Shown here piece after piece: positions 39,262 through 47,577 of a DNA stretch of 64,000 bases (positions within the stretch are counted from its first letter, which is position 1; every line of letters starts with the position of its first letter). This DNA is from Escherichia coli (lineage in GTDB: Bacteria > Pseudomonadota > Gammaproteobacteria > Enterobacterales > Enterobacteriaceae), in NCBI RefSeq assembly GCF_013315695.1, contig NZ_CP054353.1. One strand, written 5' to 3'. Below the pieces are notes generated by a model, which saw only the letters and a program-made list of their open reading frames with translations, was not told the origin of the DNA and searched no databases. Made by a program: the position numbers and the translations under genes.

Positions 39262-40257
39262 GTGACTGTGAGAGCACTACTGACCCCTGAAATTGCCCCG
39301 CGTATGGGGATCGTATTGTTCAGGCCAGGTTCAGAGCTGATGCCCCTGTTTATGCAGGGGCGTGTCCTGCTGGAGCCTGAGCCGGAGCGTTATTCATCTT
39401 TCGCCAGTGGTGCCGTTCCGGCGGCATCACAACCGCTGGCGGATGATCCTGCCGTTCGGGCCGTGTTCCGCCATGAGGCAGTGATCCGTCGTGCTGGTGG
39501 CGTGGAATGTCTTGAAAGCTGGTTACTTCGTGAAAAAGGCTGCCAGTGGCCTCATTCCGGATGGCACAGCGAGAACATGACCACAATGCGACACGCTCCG
39601 GGTGCAATCCGTCTGTGCTGGCACTGCGATAACCAGCTGCGCGATCAGTTCACGGAACGGCTGGAATCAATGGCAACGGATAACTGTGCCCGCTGGGTGT
39701 TGTCTGTTGTGCGTCGGGATCTCGGTTTTGATGACAGTCACGTTGTGACAATGCCGGAACTGTGCTGGTGGCTGATTCGTAATGACCTGGCGGATGCCTT
39801 ACCGGAAAGTGCAGCCCGTAAGGCACTGAGATTACCGAAGCCTGTTGTGCCGTCTGTCACCCGGGAAAGTGACCTTGTGCCTTCGGTTCCTGCCACCAGC
39901 ATCATCCAGGATAAAGCGAAAAAGGTGCTGGCGCTGAAAGTGGATCCGGAGTCGCCGGAGTCTTTTATGTTACGCCCCAAACGTCGCCGCTGGGTTAATG
40001 AAAAGTACACGCGCTGGGTTAAGACGCAGCCGTGTGCATGTTGTGGAAAGCCTGCTGATGATCCCCACCACCTGATAGGCCACGGTCAGGGGGGAATGGG
40101 TACAAAAGCGCATGACCTCTTCGTGCTGCCTTTGTGCAGAAAGCATCACGACGAGCTGCATGCGGATACCGTGGCATTTGAAGAGAAGTATGGCTCCCAG
40201 CTGGAGCTGATATTTCGTTTTATCGATCGTGCGCTGGCAATAGGCGTGCTGGCCTGA
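39262..40257 (+). CDS. DUF968-like protein (YdfU-like)
   Basis: 331-aa ORF (GTG start) with C-terminal cysteine/histidine cluster CACCGKPADDPHHLIGH...CRKHHDELH. Confidence 0.5.
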   Translation: MTVRALLTPEIAPRMGIVLFRPGSELMPLFMQGRVLLEPEPERYSSFASGAVPAASQPLADDPAVRAVFRHEAVIRRAGGVECLESWLLREKGCQWPHSGWHSENMTTMRHAPGAIRLCWHCDNQLRDQFTERLESMATDNCARWVLSVVRRDLGFDDSHVVTMPELCWWLIRNDLADALPESAARKALRLPKPVVPSVTRESDLVPSVPATSIIQDKAKKVLALKVDPESPESFMLRPKRRRWVNEKYTRWVKTQPCACCGKPADDPHHLIGHGQGGMGTKAHDLFVLPLCRKHHDELHADTVAFEEKYGSQLELIFRFIDRALAIGVLA

Positions 40258-40259
40258 TT

Positions 40260-40646
40260 TTGTGGAGAAAGTTGATGCGTGATATTCAAATGGTTCTTGA
40301 ACGTTGGGGGGCATGGGTGGCAAATAATCACGAGGATGTGGAATGGTCATCTGTTGCTGCAGGTTTTAAGGGATTAATTCCTTCGAAAGTAAAATCCCGC
40401 CCGCAATGTAGCGATGACGATGGCCTGATCATTAGCTCTGCGATGACAGTTCTTAAGAAAAAGGAACCGTATCAATACGAATTACTGGAAATGTATTATG
40501 TGTATGGGGTTACATTACGGGTGTTGGGGGTAAAACTGGGGATATCACTTAATCAGGTTGTTATCAGACTGCAGAAAGCTGAAGGGTTTATTGACGGTTG
40601 TCTGGCAATGTTGGGGGTATCTTTAGAAATTGATTGTTACATATAG
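40260..40646 (+). CDS. late-gene antiterminator Q
   Basis: 128-aa ORF resembling the short Q proteins of E. coli cryptic prophages (QuuD-like); true start may be MRDIQMVLERW at 40275; sits directly upstream of the late region. Confidence 0.7.
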   Translation: MWRKLMRDIQMVLERWGAWVANNHEDVEWSSVAAGFKGLIPSKVKSRPQCSDDDGLIISSAMTVLKKKEPYQYELLEMYYVYGVTLRVLGVKLGISLNQVVIRLQKAEGFIDGCLAMLGVSLEIDCYI

Positions 40647-40685
40647 TAATAAATTCAATCAAAGTAAATAATCATATTTTATTAT

Positions 40686-40718
40686 AACCTCCTGATGATA
40701 CCTGTTCATTGGGAGGTT
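40686..40718 (+). promoter_or_regulatory. RBS-sequestering hairpin upstream of the 214-aa cargo gene
   Basis: aacctcc(40686-40692) pairs with ggaggtt(40712-40718), which contains the GGAGG RBS for the ATG at 40722. Confidence 0.45.
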
Positions 40719-41339
40719 ATTATGGATAAAAATGTAGAGCATGTATTAGTTGATGCAATTGAAAATAAGCAATCTTTAACAGTCGTTTACTTAGGAGGGA
40801 GCCAGCCCGGAACATTAAGGAATATTTCTCCGATTAGTATAAATGGGGATAAATTGCGGGCAAGATGCCATAGTTCTGGAGCAGTAAAGGTTTTCAATCT
40901 TGGGAAAATACAGTTACCCAGTGACTCCTGCGCGGTATCTATGCACTATGGAGATTTAGAAGTTAAAGCTTATGAGACGATGCAGAGCGTAAATGACAAC
41001 TTTCATGCCCTTTATCCTGAAGGACGATGGGGTGTTGATTTTAATGAGCATCGCTTTGCTTTATTTGATTTTTTTAAAAACGGGAAACGAAAAAAAACGG
41101 CATTTATGGCAATTGAGTTCAGGGAAAGAGATGAAGAGAAAATAATAACAGGTGTAACAATTGATATTGGTATATCTGGAACAGTGATTTCTGAGAAGTC
41201 CCGAATCCCAAAAAGACGACCATGGGTAGTGGTTGGTCCCGAACACGGAGAATACAGTACTTATTCAACTTTGGACAAGGCTGCTACAGCGTTTTTTGAG
41301 AGGCTTTCGTTGATAGCATCCGGCCTGGAAGATAATTGA
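40695..41339 (+). CDS. hypothetical cargo protein downstream of Q, family not recognised
   Basis: 214-aa ORF, AT-rich; probable start MDKNVEH at 40722 preceded by a GGAGG RBS; segment YLGGSQPGTLRNISPISINGDKLRARC...FNLGKI could be a small beta-barrel ligand-binding domain. Confidence 0.5.
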   Translation: MIPVHWEVIMDKNVEHVLVDAIENKQSLTVVYLGGSQPGTLRNISPISINGDKLRARCHSSGAVKVFNLGKIQLPSDSCAVSMHYGDLEVKAYETMQSVNDNFHALYPEGRWGVDFNEHRFALFDFFKNGKRKKTAFMAIEFRERDEEKIITGVTIDIGISGTVISEKSRIPKRRPWVVVGPEHGEYSTYSTLDKAATAFFERLSLIASGLEDN

Positions 41340-41468
41340 TTTTATGTTTGGTATTCAGAGTTCGCCGTGCTTAAGAAAGTCAAGATTCTAAAAATACTGA
41401 ATGAGCTACTTGTGTTATAACAAAAATGCTATTAGTGTGTTAAGAGTGGTTACTTCGCCACACAACTT

Positions 41469-41494
41469 AAACCCGCCACTGAGCGGGTTTTTTG
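41469..41494 (+). terminator. rho-independent terminator
   Basis: acccgc-cactga-gcgggt stem-loop followed by TTTTTT. Confidence 0.75.
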
Positions 41495-41617
41495 TACCTG
41501 TAAACTTGGTGCAGTACAGTAAACACGCTGGTGGTCGTGAATACTGGCTTTTTATCTTGCTGGCTTTTTAGACAAGAGTTATTGGTATGTCACGTTAACC
41601 GGAAAGGGTAAAAAGAC

Positions 41618-41815
41618 ATGCTGAAACAGCAGGATATGACAGAAACCGCCAGAGTTGTGTTTGATGAATTAAGCGTTACCGAACCGGCGACAGTCGGGGA
41701 GATTGCGCAGAATACTTACCTTTCACGCGAACGCTGCCAGTTAATACTGACCCAGCTTGTTATGGCGGGTCTGGCAGACTATCAGTGCGGTTGTTACAGA
41801 CGCCTTCAGTCCTGA
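41618..41815 (+). CDS. small winged-HTH-like regulator
   Basis: 65-aa ORF; PATVGEIAQNTYLSRERCQLILTQLVMAGL resembles a PapI/FaeA-like winged helix. Confidence 0.4.
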   Translation: MLKQQDMTETARVVFDELSVTEPATVGEIAQNTYLSRERCQLILTQLVMAGLADYQCGCYRRLQS

Positions 41816-41949
41816 AGGCTTTTTATTTGTGGTGAATGGGCGGCTGGTGGGGGGGCGACACCTGTCAGTCCTTTGCTTATGTGTTGATGATAATTTACCT
41901 TTTGGGGCTATAATTGAGCTAACCAATTGCTAATGAAAGTAAAATTATA

Positions 41950-42663
41950 ATGGCTGTTGTCTGTTCAGTTATCATGGTTTGCTCCCCAATTAATATTTTT
42001 CTTGAAAAGGATACGTTGTCACTTAAGCCAGGCTCAGTTGTTCTGGCCACCAAATGCATCAGGGAGCTTTTCCTTATGCATTATGGCAAAGTTAAAATTG
42101 TCGATATAAGCGAATCCGTCGTAAGTCAATATCTGGAAAGTCAGCATAAGCTGACGAGGACTCGTCTGACTGACATTCCGCTTTACCTGTTGCTGGAACC
42201 CAACAATCCTGCGTTGGCTGCGGCTTTAATTACCAGCCAGGGATTTTCCGGAGAGGCCACGGATATGTTTCTTATGATGGCCTGCCTGTCTCTGTTTGAA
42301 ACAGATGAACGGATGTCATTGTTTTTAAGTGGATGTTTATCCAGCATAAGTGCCAAAGTCAGGGCGATAATTCAGACAGATATATCAGCAAGCTGGACGC
42401 TTGGTGCGATTGCTCTACAGTTGCATATGAGTGAGAGTTTGTTAAAGACAAAACTGAAAAATGAAGGGGGCATGTTCAGTCGCTTGTTGCTGGAAGAGCG
42501 GATGCGTGTTGCTGTAAATATGTTATGTTCCCGGCATGGATATGGACAGGCTATAGCAGAAAAATGCGGTTATTCAAGCAGGTCCTACTTTATTTCTGTA
42601 TTTCACCGCTATTATGGCTTCCCGCCAGACAGATATGTATCCAGGCAAGGGCTTGATTATTGA
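41950..42663 (+). CDS. AraC-family transcriptional regulator
   Basis: 237-aa ORF with C-terminal AraC-type dual HTH (WTLGAIALQLHMSESLLKTKLK ... IAEKCGYSSRSYFISVFHRYYGFPP); AT-rich. Confidence 0.7.
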   Translation: MAVVCSVIMVCSPINIFLEKDTLSLKPGSVVLATKCIRELFLMHYGKVKIVDISESVVSQYLESQHKLTRTRLTDIPLYLLLEPNNPALAAALITSQGFSGEATDMFLMMACLSLFETDERMSLFLSGCLSSISAKVRAIIQTDISASWTLGAIALQLHMSESLLKTKLKNEGGMFSRLLLEERMRVAVNMLCSRHGYGQAIAEKCGYSSRSYFISVFHRYYGFPPDRYVSRQGLDY

Positions 42664-42691
42664 TTTTCATCTGATTATTATTTTTTGGCTC

Positions 42692-42767
42692 GGCCCTTTA
42701 GCTCAGTGGTGAGAGCGAGCGATTCATAATCGCCAGGTCGCTGGTTCAAATCCAGCAAGGGCCACCA
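42692..42767 (+). tRNA. tRNA with CAU anticodon (Ile2/Met-type; ileZ-like)
   Basis: Cloverleaf GGCCCTT-TA-GCTCAGTGGTGAGAGC..anticodon loop TTCATAA..GGTTCAAATCC..AAGGGCC-A-CCA. Confidence 0.85.
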
Positions 42768-42774
42768 TCACATA

Positions 42775-42851
42775 CCGCCATTAGCTCATCAGGATAGAGC
42801 GCCAGCCTTCGAAGCTGGTTGCGCGGGGTTCGAGTCCTCGATGGCGGTCCA
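42775..42851 (+). tRNA. tRNA-Arg (anticodon UCG; argN-like)
   Basis: Acceptor CCGCCAT/ATGGCGG, anticodon loop CTTCGAA, T-loop GGTTCGAGTCC, encoded CCA. Confidence 0.8.
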
Positions 42852-42864
42852 TTATCTGTACCCT

Positions 42865-42941
42865 GCGTTATTAGCTCAGCCGGACAGAGCAATTGCCTTC
42901 TAAGCAATCGGTCACTGGTTCGAATCCAGTACAACGCGCCA
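42865..42941 (+). tRNA. tRNA-Arg (anticodon UCU; argO/argU-like)
   Basis: GCGTTATTAGCTCAGCCGGACAGAGC..anticodon loop CTTCTAA..GGTTCGAATCC..CGCCA, close to host argU. Confidence 0.8.
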
Positions 42942-42954
42942 GACTTATTTTTCC

Positions 42955-42980
42955 CGGCTCGCTTTTGCGGGCTTTTTTTT
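42955..42980 (+). terminator. rho-independent terminator after the tRNA cluster
   Basis: gctcgc-tttt-gcgggc hairpin followed by eight T. Confidence 0.7.
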
Positions 42981-43433
42981 AAATGTCTCACAATTCAGAC
43001 GGTTGACAGTTGTCTGTTTTGCGGGGAGTTTGTTAAAAGAAACTGGCATGGTGAATCCCCCTGTGCGGAGGGGCAATCAGCAACTGGTGTTTTGTCACCG
43101 ACCCTTATCCTTTCTGTGCGGGTTCAGGTGCTGATACTGAACTCACCGGGAGGCACCCGGCATCATGTGCATGATGATACAGATACGCGGCTTTAGCCCC
43201 TCTCCGGAGGGGCTTTCTTGTGGGCAAAAAAAAGCCCGAGTGGGTTCGGGCAACAGCATGAGATATACATTTTTATAATCGAATGGATTTTAACCAGAAT
43301 TCATAAGGCTGCGCAACTGCGCGGTCTTTTTCGAATTGCGGGCTGTCGTCTCTCTTCTGCCATTGTCCTGTAACTTCCGGACTTCAGCCCGCTCCTTATT
43401 TTACTCACAATATTATCCCGGCCGGGAGGATTC

Positions 43434-45395
43434 ATGGCATTTAAACACTATGACGTGGTCAGGGCGGCATCGCCGTCAGACCTTGCGAAACGACTGACAC
43501 AAAAACTGAAGGAGGGGTGGCAGCCATTTGGCAGTCCGGTGGCCATCACGCCTTATACCCTGATGCAGGCCATTGCGGCGGAAGGTGATGTCACCACACC
43601 TGTGGTGGTGAAGCCGTCGGATGGAGAAGGCGCAGTTATCAGCAACACCAGCAACCCGGAGTATTACTTTGTTGTTGCCCTGGCCGGGCAGTCAAACGGT
43701 ATGGCGTATGGTGAAGGGCTTCCGCTGCCGGAGACATATGACCGTCCGGACCCGCGTATTAAACAGCTGGCGCGTCGCAGCACTGTCACGCCGGGTGGTG
43801 CGTCCTGTAACTACAATGACATTATTCCTGCGGACCACTGCCTGCATGATGTTCAGGATTTGAGTAAGTTTTCACACCCGAAAGCCAGCGCAGCTCAGTA
43901 TGGATGCGTGGGGCAGGGATTACATATCGCGAAGAAATTGTTGCCGTTTATTCCGGCGAATGCCGGTATTCTTCTGGTTCCGTGCTGCCGTGGTGGTTCT
44001 GCATTTTTGGCGGGCGATGAAGGTACCTTCAGCGAATCCACCGGCGCAAGCGAGACCTCGGCACGCTGGGGTGTAGATAAGCCACTGTACAAGGACCTGC
44101 TTACCCGTACTCAGGCCGCACTGAAGGCCAACCCTAAAAATATTCTGCTTGCAGTGGTCTGGATGCAGGGCGAGTTTGATTTGAAACAGGGTGCATACGC
44201 CACTCAGCCGGGGCTGTTTGATTCCATGGTGGAAAAATATCGTTCTGACCTGTCGGAATTCGGAGGTCAGTGTCTCGGGGGCTCTCCGTCATCAGTTCCC
44301 TGGATTTGTGGCGACACGACCTACTACTGGAAGCAGACTTATTCTTCGCAATACGATGCGGTGTATGGTGCATATAAGACGAAATCCGCAAAAAAAATCT
44401 TCTTTGTGCCGTTTATGACGGATGAAAACGGGCGAAATGTGGGTACCAACGAGCCGTCAGAAGATCCGGATGTTGCGGATATTGGGTATTACGGAGCCGG
44501 TGGTCGAACGGACGCCAAAACCTGGACGACGGCTGACCGTAAAACGCATTTTGGATCATGGGCACGTCGTGGGATTATTTCCGACCGTCTGGCAACGGCG
44601 ATTCTTGTGCATGCCGGGAGAACCGCTGAATTCATTACCGGAAAACAGCCTGATACGGTGAAGCCCACCGGACCTTCCGGTGAAGGTACGGAGAGAGAGC
44701 CGGAAGGTCCGGTCAGTAACCGAACCCTGATGAGTCTGCTGGCGTCCGGCGAAGACCTGGCATCACAGGGCTGGCGCTATTATCACAAACCGGCGAGCGG
44801 AGACAATGTTAACAAAAACATTGCTGAAGCGGTGGTCAGTGATGCGGGGGCTACGGGAGGTAAGGCCCTGCAACTGAATAAACCGGAAAACCACATCTGG
44901 TTTCTGGAGCATGATGCAGCCGGGCAGGGGGCAGAGTTGCTGAAGAAAGGAGGACGTGTGAGCGTACGGTTTAAGTTGCCGGGTTCACTGGTGCCGAATC
45001 AGTTTGCCCTGGGCATTTACTGGCAGTTGTCGTCCCTGCCGGAGGGAGTGACGCTGGCAGAGGAAGGCAACGACATGCTGATGTCCTTCTTTCTGCAGAC
45101 GGATGCGACGAACCTGAACGCGATGCACCACAAGAAGCCGAATGCGAAGCTGGAAACGTTCGGGGTCTTTGATAACGGATGGCACACACTGGCTTTTGAG
45201 TTTGCCGGAAACAACAGCATTCAGGTGACGCCGGTACTGGATGAGAAACGGGGGACGCCGTTCACACTGGTGAAATCTCCGGCATCAGGGGCGGCGGACA
45301 AACTGCAACTGACAGGCATATCAAAGGCGGCGACATATACGCTGCTGATTGACAGTGTGAAGGTGGAAGTGAACAACGCGGATGCCGCGGCATGA
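43434..45395 (+). CDS. nanS-p: prophage sialate O-acetylesterase (NanS-p-like)
   Basis: 653-aa ORF; position and sequence recalled as the esterase found downstream of stx in Stx phages. Confidence 0.65.
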   Translation: MAFKHYDVVRAASPSDLAKRLTQKLKEGWQPFGSPVAITPYTLMQAIAAEGDVTTPVVVKPSDGEGAVISNTSNPEYYFVVALAGQSNGMAYGEGLPLPETYDRPDPRIKQLARRSTVTPGGASCNYNDIIPADHCLHDVQDLSKFSHPKASAAQYGCVGQGLHIAKKLLPFIPANAGILLVPCCRGGSAFLAGDEGTFSESTGASETSARWGVDKPLYKDLLTRTQAALKANPKNILLAVVWMQGEFDLKQGAYATQPGLFDSMVEKYRSDLSEFGGQCLGGSPSSVPWICGDTTYYWKQTYSSQYDAVYGAYKTKSAKKIFFVPFMTDENGRNVGTNEPSEDPDVADIGYYGAGGRTDAKTWTTADRKTHFGSWARRGIISDRLATAILVHAGRTAEFITGKQPDTVKPTGPSGEGTEREPEGPVSNRTLMSLLASGEDLASQGWRYYHKPASGDNVNKNIAEAVVSDAGATGGKALQLNKPENHIWFLEHDAAGQGAELLKKGGRVSVRFKLPGSLVPNQFALGIYWQLSSLPEGVTLAEEGNDMLMSFFLQTDATNLNAMHHKKPNAKLETFGVFDNGWHTLAFEFAGNNSIQVTPVLDEKRGTPFTLVKSPASGAADKLQLTGISKAATYTLLIDSVKVEVNNADAAA

Positions 45396-45546
45396 TAAAA
45401 AAAGGCCGCCAGCAATGAAGGAAAGGGATGAACTGTGTCCACTACATGAATGCTGGCGGCTGGTAAAACGACCACGATGACACCGAAGTTTGCGATATTT
45501 TTCTACAAAAATAAGTAAATCATGTCAACTATCACGGTGAGAAACC

Positions 45547-45729
45547 ATGACATTTCTGAACCAGTTAATGCTGTACTTCTGTACGGCAGTCTGTGTTATG
45601 TATCTTCTTTCGGGTGGGTACAGGGCAGTGCGCGATTTCTGGCGCAGGCAGATTGATAAAAGGGCCGCTGAGAGAATCAGCGCCAGTCAGTCAGCCGGAA
45701 GCAAACCCGAAGATCCGCTCATTCCGTAG
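45547..45729 (+). CDS. small hydrophobic protein
   Basis: 60-aa ORF with one predicted TM segment, upstream of the lysis cassette. Confidence 0.35.
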   Translation: MTFLNQLMLYFCTAVCVMYLLSGGYRAVRDFWRRQIDKRAAERISASQSAGSKPEDPLIP

Positions 45730-45766
45730 TCACTTTCTTGACAACACCTTTCAACGAGAAAATCCC

Positions 45767-46036
45767 ATGTCAGAAATCACATCCCTGGTCACTGCTGAGG
45801 CAGTGAAGGAAGTCCTGCGCTCTGAAGAAGTCCTGAGCGCACTGAAACAGAAACTCCGCCAGAACCTTGAGGCGCGTCTTGATGCAGAAGTGGATGCCAT
45901 TCTGGATGAGCTGCTGGGCGTACCAGCGGTTCCGGAGCCGGAAGGCATTGCGGATGACAGTACTGTTTCAGATGGCGTCGGGTCTCAGCCTGACGGTAGT
46001 GAAGAGCCTCAGCCTGACGGCGAAATGATGATGTAA
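45767..46036 (+). CDS. acidic hypothetical protein
   Basis: Internal start MSEITSLVTAE of ORF 45593..46036; highly acidic C-terminus. Confidence 0.4.
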   Translation: MSEITSLVTAEAVKEVLRSEEVLSALKQKLRQNLEARLDAEVDAILDELLGVPAVPEPEGIADDSTVSDGVGSQPDGSEEPQPDGEMMM

Positions 46037-46111
46037 CCATGCGCAGGGGGTGTCGGTGTGAGCTGATGCCCCACTTGTTGTTGTGAGCTTCCGGATTGCG
46101 GGAGACGGGGT

Positions 46112-46327
46112 ATGTACCAGATGGAAAAAATCACAACAGGTGTGTCATACACCACGTCAGCGGTGGGAACGGGCTACTGGTTCCTGCAGTTGCTGGACAG
46201 GGTTTCCCCGTCTCAGTGGGCGGCAATAGGCGTGCTGGGGAGTCTGCTGTTTGGGCTGCTGACATATCTGACTAACCTGTATTTCAAAATCAGAGAGGAC
46301 CGGCGTAAGGCGGCGCGGGGAGAGTAA
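46112..46327 (+). CDS. holin (phage-21 S-type pinholin)
   Basis: 71-aa [46 protein letters not shown]..., two TM segments, charged C-terminus; recalled as S21 family. Confidence 0.85.
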   Translation: MYQMEKITTGVSYTTSAVGTGYWFLQLLDRVSPSQWAAIGVLGSLLFGLLTYLTNLYFKIREDRRKAARGE

Positions 46328-46328
46328 A

Positions 46329-46682
46329 GTGATGAATAAAAAATATGAACTGGTTGTTAAGGGGATAAATAATTACGGGGATAAGGTTACTGTTACTGTG
46401 AAGCCGGAAGGTGACGGGCAAGCGTCGCTGTTGTTGCCAGATGTGGCGATTAGTCTTGACCGTACTGAAGGTGCCACGCTGGAGTTTTACGAAGCTGAGG
46501 CGAAAAAGCAGGCGAAGCAGTTTTTCATGGATGTTGCTGCCGGGTTATGTGAAGGGGATGGTCCGTTGCCGGAAAAGCGCCCCGTAATTTTAGAGGCGCA
46601 GGATGTGTTGATAACCTACAAAGGAAAGCTACCGGGAAGAATTACTGGTTCTCTGAAGACTCCACCGGAATCACAACCTTAA
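46329..46682 (+). CDS. hypothetical protein inserted between holin and endolysin
   Basis: 117-aa hydrophilic ORF starting 1 bp after the holin stop. Confidence 0.5.
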   Translation: MMNKKYELVVKGINNYGDKVTVTVKPEGDGQASLLLPDVAISLDRTEGATLEFYEAEAKKQAKQFFMDVAAGLCEGDGPLPEKRPVILEAQDVLITYKGKLPGRITGSLKTPPESQP

Positions 46683-46745
46683 TTCACTGACCGGAACAGA
46701 TAAACCTGTCCGTGGGCAGAAACCGATAAATCCTGATAAATATCC

Positions 46746-47279
46746 ATGAACGCAAAAATCAGATACGGCCTGTCGGCTGCCGTTCTGGCGCTGATTGCCG
46801 CAGGTGCGCCTGCGCCTGACATTCTCGACCAGTTTCTGGATGAAAAGGAAGGTAACCACACCACGGCATACCGTGATGGTGCGGGTATCTGGACTATCTG
46901 CCGCGGTGCCATCCTGGTGGATGGCAAACCTGTCGTTCCGGGCATGAAGTTGTCGAAGGAAAAATGCGACCAGGTTAACGCCATTGAGCGTGATAAAGCG
47001 CTGGCGTGGGTGGAGAAAAACATCAGAGTGCCGCTGACCGAACCCCAGAAAGCGGGGATCGCGTCATTCTGTCCGTACAACATTGGTCCCGGTAAGTGTT
47101 TCCCGTCGACGTTTTATAAACGAATTAATGCAGGTGATCGCAGGGGAGCGTGTGAGGCGATTCGCTGGTGGATTAAGGACGGTGGCAGAGACTGCCGTAT
47201 CCGCTCAAACAACTGTTATGGTCAGGTATCCCGTCGTGACCAGGAGAGCGCGCTGGCGTGCTGGGGAATCGACAGATAA
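46746..47279 (+). CDS. SAR endolysin (lysozyme, GH24; phage-21 R-type)
   Basis: N-terminal signal-anchor-release segment (LSAAVLALIAAGAPA) and E-D-T catalytic triad spacing (EGNHTTAYRDGAGIWTICRG). Confidence 0.85.
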   Translation: MNAKIRYGLSAAVLALIAAGAPAPDILDQFLDEKEGNHTTAYRDGAGIWTICRGAILVDGKPVVPGMKLSKEKCDQVNAIERDKALAWVEKNIRVPLTEPQKAGIASFCPYNIGPGKCFPSTFYKRINAGDRRGACEAIRWWIKDGGRDCRIRSNNCYGQVSRRDQESALACWGIDR

Positions 47280-47370
47280 GCAGAATATTTTGCTGAAAAA
47301 TAAGGCATGGCCACGCGGGCGGATAACACGAAATCCTGCGAACTGGCGAAACGTAAGTGAATAAAAGTAA

Positions 47371-47410
47371 AAACCCCGTTTGTTGGCACCAAGCGGGGTT
47401 TTGTGTTTCC
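47371..47410 (+). terminator. strong stem-loop with U-tract inside the lysis cassette
   Basis: aaaccccgtttg-ttggcac-caagcggggttt followed by tgtgttt. Confidence 0.5.
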
Positions 47411-47438
47411 TGACTCCGGAAAAGTCAAAGGAGAAAGT

Positions 47439-47576
47439 GTGTTTGATTTTAGCAAACTGATTCGGGAGATTCGAGTGATGGCTGAAAAATTATCCACCTG
47501 GAAGTTCATTCTTATCTGGCTGGTGTTTGTGATTATGGCCTCCGGTTATTTCATCGGTCAGATACGCTGGTGGTGA
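47439..47576 (+). CDS. small membrane protein (45 aa from GTG, or 32 aa from ATG at 47478)
   Basis: AGGAG RBS 9 nt upstream of GTG; product ...MAEKLSTWKFILIWLVFVIMASGYFIGQIRWW; stop overlaps the Rz start. Confidence 0.4.
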   Translation: MFDFSKLIREIRVMAEKLSTWKFILIWLVFVIMASGYFIGQIRWW

Positions 47577-47577
47577 A

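Noticed and set aside
42746-43196. ORFs 42746..42991 (minus) and 42819..43196 (plus) overlapping the tRNA cluster
   Set aside because: They overlap three well-formed tRNA cloverleafs and a terminator; translations are low-complexity
42941-43433. stx toxin operon at the canonical site between tRNAs and nanS-p
   Set aside because: No ORFs of appropriate size (A about 315 aa, B about 89 aa) are present; the interval is non-coding
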